Shown in pieces: positions 13,801 to 27,180 of a stretch of 64,000 nucleotides of DNA. The stretch lies in contig CM120647.1 in the NCBI GenBank assembly GCA_051362555.1, positions 16,158,651 through 16,222,650 on the forward strand, written 5' to 3'. Each line of letters starts with the position of its first letter. Positions within the stretch are counted from its first letter, which is position 1. Both the position numbers and the translations under genes were made by a program. The DNA is from Lingula anatina. Taxonomy: Eukaryota > Animalia > Brachiopoda. The notes under the pieces are model-generated. The model was given only the letters and a program-made list of their open reading frames with translations. It was not told the origin of the DNA and made no database searches.

Positions 13801-14377
13801 AATAACATATTCCAAACACTTTCGTGCCAATTAATTTTGCATGTAGAATTCACCGTTTGCCACATCGCTTTTGAAAAATTCTACACCATTTACACCCTAA
13901 AATCTGCTCATATATTTACACACTGTATGATACCATTTGTGCTTCAAAGCATAACTCTGCCAAAGATCCAAAACCTTAAAAATCGCCTTACACCCGCACC
14001 CCCGAAATAAAGTATGAATTTAATAACAATAAATAATAAAGAAAGCAAAGAAAGAGACAATCGCTTAATTGTACGTGGATTGAGGCATTCTCATCCATCC
14101 TCATAGTTGGGTTTAACCTCCTTGTTTATTCTATAATGATAAAAAGTTTTTTCAGTGTTTGGAATTTTTGCGGAATGCTCGTGATTTAGCATGTGTTGTT
14201 TCTTAGGAGGATAAGCGTAATTGTGTATCCATTACTTCCGGGGCTCACATCGACGAATCGATGAAGGGTCGACACGTCATGCCTCATGGTTAAAGCAAAA
14301 AAAAATTGCTGTCCTTATTAGCATTTTATATATGGATAAATATTTTCATTTTTCATGTTTTTTTTTTCAAATTCTAG

Positions 14378-14767
14378 ACTGCAAAATCGATATGTGTTTC
14401 GCAGTGGATTCGTCTCGCAGTCTGGGCGTGCCTGGACTACAAGATGAGATCAACTTCGCCAAAATGGTCATCGACCAAATAGGGGGCTTCGGAGAGGCGG
14501 TGGATGCGCGTTACGCCACCGTCGTCTTCTCCACCAACGTGTCGGTCCACTTCGACTTTAACGTCAACCAAAGCGTCCCAGAGTTGCGCAAGGGACTGGA
14601 TGCCCTGCCGTTCTTCAGGGGCCGTACCAATATCCCCGACGCCATGATGGCCTGCTGGGACTTATTAACGAACCCTCTGAAAGGGTCCAGAGAAGACGGT
14701 TTTGCTAATGCCAACAGTACGCTCTTTAAAGTAGCCCTTGTGCTGACCGATGGAGTTTCTAACGAAG
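14378..14767 (+). CDS. VWA-mucin-TSP1 protein exon 2 (VWA domain, MIDAS DSSRS...T...D)
   Basis: CKIDMCFAVDSSRS...GRTNIPDAM...VALVLTDGVSNE; acceptor ttctag, donor G|GTAAAT. Confidence 0.92.
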
Positions 14768-15073
14768 GTAAATGTCGGTTTGACAGGAATGGTAGTCCTA
14801 GGAATGGAAGTTCGAGGTCCTATATGATTAGTACAGGTTAGGGTTAGTTGGAGTATTGGGGTTAGTATAAGGGACGAATGTCACCTGTACAAAGTAATGG
14901 GGAACTGACTACGGATCCTGGCGACTACATTCCCTGTCACACCGGGTGTCTTAAAAAAGAAAGACTATTAAACCAACCAAAATGTAGCAGTAATCCGTCA
15001 ATTTTATGTTTTACCAGATATGAGATCACTATCTGTGGCAATTTTAAAGTCCCTATATCTACTAACATCACAG

Positions 15074-15210
15074 GGAATGTGTCCATCGTCACAGCCGCAA
15101 ACTACATGAGAGCGGACAATATCCAGAACATAGCTGTTGGTGCCGGGGGCGGTGTCATCAGATCCCAACTCCTTGAGATCACTGACGGTGATGAAAGATA
15201 CGTCTTCCAG
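15074..15210 (+). CDS. VWA-mucin-TSP1 protein exon 3 (VWA C-terminal part)
   Basis: NVSIVTAANYMRADNIQNIAVGAGGGVIRSQLLEITDGDERYVFQ; cag acceptor, GTAGGT donor, phases consistent. Confidence 0.88.
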
Positions 15211-15821
15211 GTAGGTTATGCACTACAGTAGTATGTGTTACTATTAGCTGCAGTTCTTCCGCTGTGTAAGGGTACCCTGTTTTTTACAACAGTAAGAAAT
15301 AGCCCGTAATTAACTCGATTTGTTGCTTTATTAAGTGGACTTAAAGTTTCTATCCTTAGTTGAAATATAACTTTTTTGCGTTAAGAGTACAATTGAACAT
15401 ATAACTGAAGCCTGTGTAACGTGACAGAGAGTCCCTCAAGAAAGAGAGTCCGCTGTCCATTCATTTGCACAGGTAAGCCTTGCCCTAGATTTTGACCCAC
15501 TTAGCTCAGGCTAACCCTAACCTGTATAACTAAATGGAGGGCGGACGTTCAGTTACACGGATCCTCAGTTTCGTTACACCTGTGGTAAGAAACTGAGGGT
15601 TGAGGTCACAGTGTCTGCCCTCCATTGCATTCACGCAGGTTGGGGTTAGCATGACGCAAATGGGTCAAAATCTCAGACGGGGCTTACCAGGACAAAACAA
15701 TGGCAACTGGATCCTGTATGAAAGGGTACTCTTTCGTAGATGGCATGGGGGGAATGCCGTCTCCCATTCCATTGTGCATGTACTTTCGTTCTCATGTCTA
15801 CCTATTATTTTCTCAAAACAG

Positions 15822-15882
15822 GTCCAAGACTTGGGCAGCTTGAGTGAGATTGTCGGGGATATTGGACTGACTGCCTGTCAAG
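15822..15882 (+). CDS. VWA-mucin-TSP1 protein exon 4 (end of VWA)
   Basis: VQDLGSLSEIVGDIGLTACQ, containing the closing Cys of the VWA domain; phase 0 in, phase 1 out. Confidence 0.85.
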
Positions 15883-16448
15883 GTGAATGAAAATAGGCCA
15901 CTGTATATGTGGACCTGATTCACCTTTATACAAATATTATAGCTTATATATTATAGTACAAATCTTGGGGGCATTTTCCTGTCCAGTTTTAAAATATGGT
16001 AGAAGCACACTGTAGATATATATTGTAAATTTATAGCGTATATCCTTGAAATGCTGAAGTGCAAGATAGTGTAATACTTGTAAAAGAGTGTAATACTTGT
16101 AAAGATTCAATTTTGATTTTTTTCTGGTCAAACAGAGTGTCATAATGAAATATAATTACCAAGGTTTTACAAGGCGTTTCTCTTAGGCTCTGTTCTCACA
16201 ACTTTTAGATCGATCTATCACCGCGGGGAGTCTCACTAGATTACTGTCAGATAATCCGCCTTAAGTGTCCGTCCCCGCCTACTACAAGCAGAAAGGGATA
16301 ATTAACTTTCATGTCCGCCCGGCTGACAGCTATTTAGCGTGAACCCCCAGGGAGTTAGGTCGATCCAATGTAGGTCGATCTAATCTATGAGAATGGGGTG
16401 TTACTTTACCTACATTAATGACCACAGTATATTTATCTCTTATTCCAG

Positions 16449-16769
16449 TTGTAAGTACCACTACGACTACTACGACCACGACTACAACTACCACTCCAAC
16501 TACTACAACAACACCTACAACCACGACCACGCCTACAACAACCACGACCACACCCACTACAACCACGACCACGCCTACTACAACCACGACCACACCCACT
16601 ACAACCACAACCACGCCTACCACAACTACAACAACTCCAACGACGACAACTACCACGCCTACAACAACTACGACTACGCCCACTACAACCACGACCACGC
16701 CTACTACAACTACGACAACTCCAACGACGACAACGACCACACCCACGACTACCCCTACCACACCAGAAG
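16449..16769 (+). CDS. VWA-mucin-TSP1 protein exon 5 (Thr/Pro mucin stalk, T5-6P repeats)
   Basis: Acceptor cttattccag, ACN-rich repeats with varied third positions, donor G|GTAAAT; phase 1-1. Confidence 0.88.
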
Positions 16770-17430
16770 GTAAATATAAGCTTTCGCAAATGTACTGTAA
16801 TATCTATTGCTTTAGCATGGATGAGGATTGGCTTGCAGAGTTTTTGGACATGAAGATGTTACGATACAATGAAAAGATTATTTTTTGAATTTTCTGCATG
16901 GAAGTGGACATTTTGTGCGTGGTTATTGTGGCAAAAAAAGAATTTTTATCTTCTTTAGTTTACAAATAATCGTCATGATGCCGAATGATTCTTTAAAAAC
17001 AGGTCTTTCTTAATTTTTATCGATAAGTGTATATTGAATCCTACTGTTTGCTTCTTGAAGTTCTCAACTGAATTATCAAATGCACTTAAATAGTAACACA
17101 TACCTTTGGTTTACAAATTACGCAATGTCAGATTCTTAACCACTTTAAGTTTGCATTAAAACTTTGCAATCCATCATTTGTATGGCTTGGGCTTATTCCG
17201 TCAACAAAAGCAAACTCCTCATTCCACCTCGGTCTCTAGACAAATCTCCGTGCCATTTGAGATACCAGGGGGCTGTTAAGTATAAGGTCCCATTCCCTTA
17301 GACACAGTCGGTCTAAGTAAATCGTTCCAACTCTGCTGGGACCCTTGCTGAATGTAATCAGTTTAACGGAAGAACACAACTCCTCCTTGAGTTTAGTGAA
17401 ATACAGCAAAGCTGGTGATTCTACAAGTGC

Positions 17431-17538
17431 ATATATATCTCTTATTCCAGTTGTAAGCACTACTACGACTACTACGACCACGACTACAACTACCACTCCA
17501 ACTACTACAACAACACCTACAACCACAACCACGCCTAC
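17431..17538 (+). pseudogene. Truncated duplicate of the mucin exon including its splice acceptor
   Basis: Near-identical to 16429-16536; ends in a TA-rich tract with no matching donor. Confidence 0.7.
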
Positions 17539-17581
17539 ATATATATATATTGTTATTACACCAATTACACCAAGTATTACA

Positions 17582-17686
<105 letters not shown>

Positions 17687-18025
17687 AACAAAAGGAGACG
17701 TACGTGTTATTTAGTTAAACTGTTTGCACTCAGCGAGAGTACCCGGATCGATGGTGTCTAAGGGGTCTTAGCCTTTAAGCCTTTAAATGGACCTTAACTT
17801 TCTGACCAAAGCTTTGATCTAATCCATGTTAAGGTAGCCCCTCTGTAGTTTACTTCATAAAGATCGCACTGGTCAGACTTCTTGCTATAAGCAGTCATGA
17901 CAAACCACTTAAGTGGATAACAATTGAATTATCTCGGGTCAATAAGATTGGAACAAAAATTTTGGTCTGTACGTTAAGACCAATTTTTCGGCTTAAGTTC
18001 ATTTTGAAAACAAGGTAAAGAGGCA

Positions 18026-19016
18026 TTAGGCCACACTTTTTTATTTTTATGGATGACATCCTCTGGGGACCCCAAAATCGGCGCGAGCGGGCGAAAAAAA
18101 AAAAACAGTCAAAAAAAAACCGCTTAAGAAAAGTTATGTTTTCAGTACACAGCTGGAAACACTAATTTACCACAGAAACACGTATCAAACTAACAACATG
18201 TCTTTATCCATGCTCTCAAAATATTAAAGCATTGTGAATAGGGCCTACTTCGTAGAAAGGTAAAAAGTCATGAATATATATAGGCCTATATGTGCTGCAT
18301 ATTACCAAATCTATTTAAGGTTATTTCATGCATTCTGTTGGTATAGCAATCAATAAAACAAATATCAAATAAACAGCGTGTCTTTATTTGTACTCTCAGA
18401 AAATTTAAGCATTGTGAACACTTCACAAAATTGTTAAAAAATGAAGCAAAGATAGGCCTATGCTTCCTACTACCAAATCTAAAAAAGGTAATTTCGGTCG
18501 ATGCCATTTAGTCTACTTCGACTCACACGTAGCAGCCAACTATCGGGTGGCCTGTCTGACCTTCAGTCCACCAAATACCACGACGCTCTTGTCGACCCTT
18601 TTTTCGCTACAAAAAAAACCTGGTAAGCCTATGTGCTGCTTTGGACAGAATGTCACTGAAATTTTCCGGGCGATGATCGCTGGCCAGAATGTCACTGAAA
18701 TTTTCCGGGCGATGATCGCTGGCCGCGGCCAGCCTTTCGTATAATTGTAAAAATGTGATATCTCCATGTCCAATATCAATGGCAAACCAATCCAAAACGA
18801 CGGCCCCCGTTCTCTTTATGACTTTAATTGTCGTGTATTTTGAAATTAATGCTAGAGATGAATTTGACGGCAAAGCGGCCATATTTCCACGTGGTGATAA
18901 TACGCATGCGCAGAAAGCTCATTTTCCGACTTCCTTTTTTTTTTTTTTTTGGAGAACGGACGAAAATCGGTGCGCGCGCAGGATGTCATCCATAAAATTT
19001 AAAAAGTGTGGCCTTA
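18026..19016. mobile_element. Non-autonomous TIR element (MITE-like, about 1 kb)
   Basis: TIRs aggccacacttttt...tatggatgacatcct / aggatgtcatccata...aaaaagtgtggcct; internal 39-bp tandem duplication at 18646-18723. Confidence 0.8.
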
Positions 19017-22000
19017 GTTTAAAATGCAGACTAGCGGGAATAAGATAAATCTTTTTAGCGCAATGGTTTAAATGACTGTTCGTACTTAGCTGCTTAATGA
19101 AGAAACAGAAAAAAAAACAATTTAGTGTAAATAAGTCAAGGTTACGTAACAGCCACGCCAATTAATTACAACTTCTTAAGATTCCATTTGCACAGGTAAA
19201 TTAAAGCTCATGGTGTTGCGTTAAGAGAGTCGTGACGAGGGTTTCAATACTCGTTCCAGTCAGAATCACGTTAGCATATTTAGGCAAGCAATTTGCAATT
19301 TCAAGTGCAACAATAAATAAACAGTAAAACAGCTGCATCAATTAGCATTGATAACACGTTGAATGTCTCAATTTCATTCTGATTCCTGTTTCCTTGCCAC
19401 TTTTGGTGCACCCTAGTCAAAGATACATGCAATGAGACAGCCGACCAGCTGTTATATTGCCATAAATATCTCCCACTCTTGACTATTTTAATCACAACAC
19501 TTTCAACTTAAATATGGCTTAATTGGTCTCCCGCTGCTTGGATGGTAACAGTGGAATGTGTCAATGTTCGTTTACCTGAATGCATCGCACTGGTCGAGAC
19601 AAAAACCCATTACTTTTTAAAAACACCCGGTGCCAATTTCTCATAAAGTCTAATACCAGGCTTGGGGTTAGCATCTTTACCTTTTTAGACTACTAAGTTG
19701 CGTTTCACAAAGCACCGAATACGCCGCTTATTTTGTTTTGTCTATCTTTTTACTAAGAATTTAAAGCAAAATGTGGTTGTCTTTATTATGAATGGTACAG
19801 AAACGCCGGTGGCATTTGTGTTAATGGCCCAGTTTGGCATGTCATATACTTTTATTGAAGGCACCCAATGCTCTATAATTCTTAGATCAATGTCGCAAAT
19901 CTGCGAAGCCGACTTTGGCAGTTCTTTGGTTATCCTTAGAACTCAGAAGTCATTTTGTGAAAGAGTCTCCCACCTCCCCGCGGCCGTTGACCTAGATACA
20001 TAAATGAATCACTCTCCTATAAGAGCATAAGGTAATGGCAATTTAAACAGTTGTTACTATGGCATCCCGCTGGTTAGAGGCAGGAGCAGCAGTCATAAAC
20101 ATGCCACAAGTATATAGATAAAGTTGTTTTTTTATTCTAAATGGCAGGTGCTTTGGGAGATAAATGTAAACATTAGTTAAGGTGATGTACCGTGTAGCTA
20201 TTTAGTCCCCGGTCACTTTAATAGCACACGCACGGCGAACGTGCGTGTGCCCCCGACAGTGTTAATGATAGGGGGATTACGATAGACAGCGCAAGTCGTT
20301 CACAGCGGGAGTCACTATCGCCGCTGTTAGGCCGGTAATTTAGTCTTTAACTTGACTAAACATGTTTCGCTTTGTAACTTGCGTCCTTCAGTCTTGCTGT
20401 TGCGGAAGCGCCGGCGAGAAATATCTCCACCTTGCCGATATTTATCCCGACTCCCGACTTGAAAAGTAAAATTGGTTTTGATTTTATCAAAGTCTTATTG
20501 TATCAGAAAACCTGCATATTTTCATACGTTAAGAGAATTATAGAAACTGTAAAAAAGCTACTCGTACATCAGGGATAGAAAACAAGACCTTGCAGCACTA
20601 TAATCTATTACTCATCACCAGAAGTTCCTGTTTCACTTTTTTCTCCCAAATTACAAAGTCTGGTGACAACTGAAAGGTTTTAGCCATTATACCTCAGGGC
20701 AGTGAGAGAGTTGATTAAAAGTAATAAAATTATATATTTTGAAGAATTTTCCTAGCCTTCGGCAATTTCCGCAAAGCTTCGGCATGCGCGGCAATACAGA
20801 TCTGTCGATATCGGTGTGAAAGTGTAATAGTACTGGTGGAATAACGGTTAACGTACGTCGTTGCAATCGTTGTAACCTACCCGACGGGAGTTCGTACCCC
20901 AAAGGTACTTTTGAAATTTTGGAATTATCATTATTATTGATATCTTTAAATATTAAAACAGTTGTGGCTAATTGTTTTTGCAACGAAAAGCAGAGTAGGG
21001 AGGATTGTTGTAATTGTTAAAGTTATTATGACTGGGGACATAAATTAGTATGCTAATCGCTTATCATGGTATAATGATTGATACGATGGGTATCAGATAG
21101 TTTTCATTTGATATAAACGACGAAATAGCGGCCTTCCAAAGATCTTTGCTGAATGTTTATAACGTAGGTACTATTATGCGCACAAATATTGATACATGAC
21201 GCAAACGACATTTACTCATTTCGGTAATATTAATTTTAATTAAAAATAAATAAAATTAAATTGAAATTAAAATTAAAATTTGTCTAAACGTGCATATTAC
21301 CATACACCGTGTTTAAAGGGTTCTCAACACTTTACATCCTAATACAGCTATGTCAATTTTCATGTTTGCTAGTTTATTTTGATTTGAGTGAGGACCGACC
21401 CTCTACTAGGACCGCAAATTATATATGAGTATTTTTCTTCAGTGCAAGAGACTGCATAATGAAAAATCAATCTGCAACTCTGGTATAGGATGGCCTTCTG
21501 TGTGTTATAATATACAAGTAGGGGCAGGGGTACAATTTTATAGTACAATAAGTCATTTATACATCTATTGATCTCATCGTCGGGTCATTGTTTACAATAG
21601 CGCTTTGTCGCTGTGCGTACCTTTTTGCATTTGAGTTAGACTCAGTCAGTAACAGCTGGTGATTTTGTCTCTTTTTTTTTTTTTTTTTTTTTGCGTTTCA
21701 TTGACAATATTTTGGCCACCTAAGTAGGGAAATGTGGCTCTTTGTTTTGATATGACATTTCCATTGTTCCTTTGAACACGCAAAAGTCTTCACCAGGAAG
21801 CAGATAACACTTACGTCAACATTCTTACTTTGTAGTAACCATCCAGGGGGAAAAACAAAAGCCTCATTAGGTGTCGTCCTTCACACTGTAAAAGGTGTTA
21901 ATTTCATGCTTCTATTGTTTGCCCATGAATCATTATGACGAAATTGTAGGGTTGCCAGATCACTCGCGCTCCATTCAATTCTCTTTTTCTGCCCTGCAGC

Positions 22001-22099
22001 CTGGGATGAGTGATACTTGACTGTCCTTTGTTTACATCTGGAGATTTTCTTTATAATTTGATCAGTGTGCATATTATAATATATTTTCAATCTGGAAAA

Positions 22100-23190
22100 A
22101 TACGTGATAATGTAACGATTCTTATTTTACGGATAGATAATTACAAAAATTAATTTCAGATATAATACCCCCTATTTCAGCGCCTATTCCTGGCTGCGTT
22201 AATTATGGGGGGTTGGAAAGTAATCCGTTAGGACGCGGATGTGATGATAGCTACTCTTACCAACAGTACATCATCGATCAACTAAACTCAGCCACCTGAA
22301 GCAGAATAACCAACAAAAGACATATTGGACTACATCTGCCCTCTTGATGAAACATCTTATGTAAAAAAGGCGATGGCGGTCAAAAATACGTGCCTCGTGG
22401 TGTATTAAATGTTCATCGTATTTTTTCGTTCATTATTCTTATGACTTAAGCAACTTCACCTCCGTAACACCCTTTTTATTTATTTAAACCATTGTTAGAC
22501 AAACCAAGGGTTTCACTCCAGATTTCACGATCGAACAAGTGATCATGAGGAGAGTGTAGCATGCTATAGTAAACTACCCCAAATATATACCCAACACCTC
22601 CAGGGTTTCACGATCGAGCAAGTGATCATGAGGAGAGAGTGTAGCAGAGAACTTCATTAATGGTCGTCATAATTGGTGGTTGCCTTGGGAAAATGAGTTA
22701 CAGGATTACATAATACAGATACGTGATAACAAAAGATAAATACTAATTTTTTCCCTGATACAAAATCCCCTATTTCAGCGCTTATTCCTGACTGCGTTAA
22801 TTACGGGGGATTAGAAAGTAATCTGTGAGGACGCAGGAGCGATGATTGCTACTCTTACCAACGGTAAATCACCGATTTACTTGACTCCGCTATTTCGAGC
22901 AAAATCACCACGAAAAGACAAATTAGACTACATTCGCCCTCTTATTATAACAAAGAATGTAAAAATTTGATGTCGGTCAAAGAAGAGGCCTAGGCTACGT
23001 GCTTCATGGTTTATTAGATAGGCCTATTCATAGGATTTTAGTTCATTATTATAGCTTTACCTCGCGAGACCCCTTTTATATATTTAAAACACAGCACCCC
23101 ACAGGTTTGGCGATCATGAAGAAAGGGAGTGTAGCAAAGAACAGAACCTCATTAGGCCCCTAATGGTCGTAATAATTGGTGGTTGCATTG
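22100..23190. repeat. Diverged tandem duplication of roughly 0.5-0.6 kb
   Basis: 22101-22685 vs 22720-23185 share cccctatttcagcgc.tattcctg.ctgcgttaatta...gctactcttaccaac...taatggtcgt.ataattggtggttgc. Confidence 0.75.
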
Positions 23191-24899
23191 TAGGCCTAAA
23201 ATTGTTCATTTTAGTCGACAAACTAAGCTAGAAGAAAGAACAGATCATTATCGCCTCTCTTTACTTAGGAACAATAACTGGCTAGATGCAGCATTTACAA
23301 GTTCTTTTATTTAGAAACTGCCGATCCTTTGTCTGGGACTGCCGTTCAACGCCGTTTAAATGACGTCCGAGAAACGGCGATAACGACAGAGACGTCCTCG
23401 AACATTTTTGGACTCAGTGAAAATAAAATAAAAATCCGTTAAGAAGTAGCCTTTTAATGTCCTGGCAAATAACTTTGCGATGGCTCAGGGAGTTCTAGAA
23501 AGAATGACAAGAAACGACATTAGGGTTAATAATAGACTTAAAACTATCAGAGTGTAGGCCTGTCTTAATTACTTCATTTCTAAGACTATCTTGTGATACG
23601 AGTCATGCTTCACTACAATAGAGGGGGTAGCAGTGGATGATTTAATACAGGGATACCATCGATAGTTTATCAATAGAAAATCGCGATCCTCAAATGTTTT
23701 TTTTTTAATTCATTAAATATAAACTGTTTTTTATCGTGCAATGGGTCTGGCATAGTTGTATTGACCTATCAGTTGGAAACACGTGGTTCGTCTACAATTG
23801 CAAATGGCGGAGGTGCCCTGGAAGTTATTGTCGTAAAATTAGCTGGATACGTGCACGTGAGAAAATTATTCATTAAATTCAGTTTTCAAGCGTCAGCTTA
23901 ATCTGGTAAAATGCCAGACGAAAAAAATCATAGATAGAGCCTTATGACCCACTGTAGAATGATGCCAAATAATACATCAACGACGAAGTTTATCGGCAGA
24001 TAAACGTGTTTCCATTCTCGGCTGACTGAGGAATGGTTTGAGAGAGCATTTAAAGAAGAGGCGGGCGAACCAATAGTGAGTAGGAAGTGTGCTGCAATCA
24101 AGACGAACAATACCGATCATAAGTGGACAACTAATAACCCCTAATTAAGCCCGGGTTACGCACTGCTGTGTTGACTCCTTGCTGGGGAGCGGTAGCGGCC
24201 TCCTACTGCTGTTAGTAATCACGCATTGTCTTCTAACTTGCGGCTTAGTTGACTCCTTGCTGGGACGGGCTAGCGGCCTCCTACTGCTGTGCGTAACACA
24301 CATTGTCTTCTAACATGCGGCTACACGTCGGTTGCATTGTATTAATAAAGTAATACCTATTCATAAGGAAGGGGGCGGATGGTAATCTGACGAGTATTAA
24401 ATCAGTTATCGTTTAAACGCGTACCAGTAGTCTTGTTTTTTATTGGCTATACGGTATATGTTTCAAATGTTAAGCAGGGTCCACGTATTGTCATATTGCT
24501 TGTCACTAAATCTGGATTTGCCCGGTTTTGACACATCCACAGCAATCACCCTCAAATCAGATCTGGAACCTTTTGGATACTTATCTCCCACCCAGACTGC
24601 TCAAGAAATAGTACTGTAGAGGAGTTCAGGCTTGAAATAAGGGTGAAAATAAATTTTATGATATAAAATGTTGGTATATATCATCGGAGAGCCTGATATA
24701 TATTTTGAAGGCTTTTGGAGTTTGGTTTCCGTAACGTGCTAGAAACTTTAAGTTGCGGTTCAAAGTTCTTATGAATTCTTGAAACTTGGTATATGTTTAT
24801 ATCCATACTGTATATGCCAAAAGTTTCCACGTTTGTTTTCGACTCTTCAAAAACGTCTGTACTTTATGAAAGCATGTACATGTATTAATTAAGTATTTC

Positions 24900-25037
24900 T
24901 GTATAGTATAGTATAGTATAGTATAGTATAGTATAGTATAGTATAGTATAGTATGGTATGGTATGGTATGGTATGGTATGGTATGGTATGGTATGGTACG
25001 GTACGGTACAGTACAGTACAGTACAGTATAGTATAGT
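24900..25037. repeat. Pentanucleotide microsatellite (GTATA/GTATG/GTACG/GTACA)n
   Basis: Direct reading; ends just upstream of a TSP1 exon acceptor. Confidence 0.95.
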
Positions 25038-25052
25038 CCTCTATCTTTCCAG

Positions 25053-25193
25053 TATGTGAATGGACAAGATGGTCAGACTGTGACACCACGTGCGGATATG
25101 GTATACAGTCCAGGACATACGAGTGCTGCAGCACGTGCGAGCCAAGGATAGAAGTGAAGTCCTGTAAACTGACGGACTGTCCTATTCCATCGA
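25053..25193 (+). CDS. VWA-mucin-TSP1 protein exon 6 (TSP1 repeat 1, short)
   Basis: CEWTRWSDCDTTCGYGIQSRTYECCSTCEPRIEVKSCKLTDCP; ttccag / GTAAGT, phase 1-1. Confidence 0.9.
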
Positions 25194-25562
25194 GTAAGTT
25201 TGCATCTCTACCTTCAGTAGCCTTCAGTAAATTTGCTATATAAATAAATAATTAAATACATGAAAGAGGTATTTGTAAAGGTTCTGTTTATCAAATCGAA
25301 AAAAAATAATAAACCGCACTTTCGTTTGAAGAAGAGGGTCAATTTCAGGTATTTAAAAAATCATTTTGATCGTGATTGTGTTTCTAATCATGACTTTAAG
25401 CAACATAAAAATATATGTAACATTGAAAACATTTCATAAACTAAAACAGGTCATACTGGTCTCTGTGTTCAGTTTTTGCTATTTAAAAATCAATTGGAAT
25501 ATTATATTATATTATATTATATTATATTATATTATATTATATTATATTATATTATATTATAG

Positions 25563-25733
25563 TTGACGGTGGATGGAGTCCGTGGTCGGAATTCAGCGAG
25601 TGCACGAAGACATGTGGAGGGGGAGTTCAAGTCAGGTCAAGGTCTTGTAGTAACCCTGCGCCATCTGGTGGCGGCAAAGCGTGCCCTGACGTTGGTTATG
25701 AACTCAATCCATGTAACAAACAGGAATGCCCAG
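25563..25733 (+). CDS. VWA-mucin-TSP1 protein exon 7 (TSP1 repeat 2)
   Basis: DGGWSPWSEFSECTKTCGGGVQVRSRSCSNPAPSGGGKACPDVGYELNPCNKQECP; phase 1-1. Confidence 0.93.
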
Positions 25734-25895
25734 GTGATAAACTAAAAAGATAAATAGATAAATTTAACAGAACGTTCATTTTTATGTACAGACACAGATG
25801 TGTCTGTACATATAGCTATCATCTGCGTCTGTCGTCGCCGTCGCCGTCGTCGCCGTCGCCGTCGTCGCCGTCGTCGCCGTCGCCGTGCACTTTTA

Positions 25896-27180
25896 CCGAT
25901 AACACGATAAATGGAAAACTGTTTTTTCTTTTGGTATGAAACTTACAGAACTGATGAATATTCATAATACGCAGGTCAAGTTCGAAAATCAGCATGATCG
26001 GGTCACTTTTAGGGAATTTATGCTGTTTTTTCACTTTTTTCAGCATATATGCAGCACTGATAACACGATAAGTGGAAAACCATTTTACCTTTTGACTTGA
26101 AACTTACAAAACTGATGAATATTCATAATACGCAGGTCAAGTTCGAAAATCAGCATGATCGGGTCACTTTTAGGGAATTTATGCTGTTTTTTCACTTTTT
26201 TCAGCATATATGCAGCACCGATAACACGATAAGTGAAAAACCATTTTACCTTTTGGCTTGAAAGTTACAGAACTGATGAATATTCATAATACGCAGGTCA
26301 AGTTCGAAAATCAGCATGATCGGGTCATTTTTAGGGAATTTATGCTGTTTTTTCACTTTTTTCAACATATATGCAACCCCGATAACACGATAAGTGGAAA
26401 ACCATCCTACCTTTTGGCTTGAAACTTACAAAACTGATTAATATTCATAATACACAGGTCAAGTTCGAAAATCAGCATGATTGGGTCATTTTTAGGGAAT
26501 TTATGCTGTTTTTTCACTATTTTTCAGCATATATGCAGCACCGATAACACCATAAGTGGAAAACCAATTTACCTTTTGGCTTGAAACTTGTAGAACTGAT
26601 AAATATTCATAATACGCAAGTCAAGTTCGAAAATCAGCATGATTCGATTATTGTTAGGGAATTTATGCTGTTTTTTCACTTTTTTCAGCATATATGCAGC
26701 ACTGATAACACAATAAGTGGAAAACTGTTTTTTCATTTGGCTTGAAACTTACAGAACTAATGAATATTCATAATACACAGGGCAAGTTTGAAAATCAGCA
26801 AGATCGGGCAATTTTTATGGAAGTTATCCTGTTTTTTTTTTTTTTTTTCAATTTTTTCAGCACTTTTATAACACCGATAACATGATAAGTGTAAAAATGT
26901 TTTTCCTTTCCTTGGATTGAAATTTACAGAACTGGTGAATATTTATTATACGCAGGTCAAGTTTGAAAATTGGCATGATTGGACTATTTTTACAAAAGTA
27001 ATGCTGTTTTTTTCCCTTTATTCAGCATACATGCAACACTGATAACGCATTTTAAGGAAAACCAATCAGCCTTTTGTCTTGCAACTCACAGGAGTGATCA
27101 ATCTGACCAGTATACAGATCAAGTTTGAAAATAAGCTTGATCAGTTAAGTTTTGATGAAGTTATTAGCCTTTTTGTATAT
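25896..27180. repeat. Tandem satellite, 161-bp unit, about 8 copies, degrading 3'-ward
   Basis: c(c/t)gataac anchors at 25896, 26057, 26218, 26379, 26541, 26702, 26874, 27039. Confidence 0.93.

Noticed and set aside
16330-16789. Poly-Val/Gly, His/Tyr/Asn/Asp-rich and Cys/Arg/Gly-rich ORFs
   Set aside because: Alternative frames and antisense of the Thr/Pro exon; only the Thr frame fits the splice phases.
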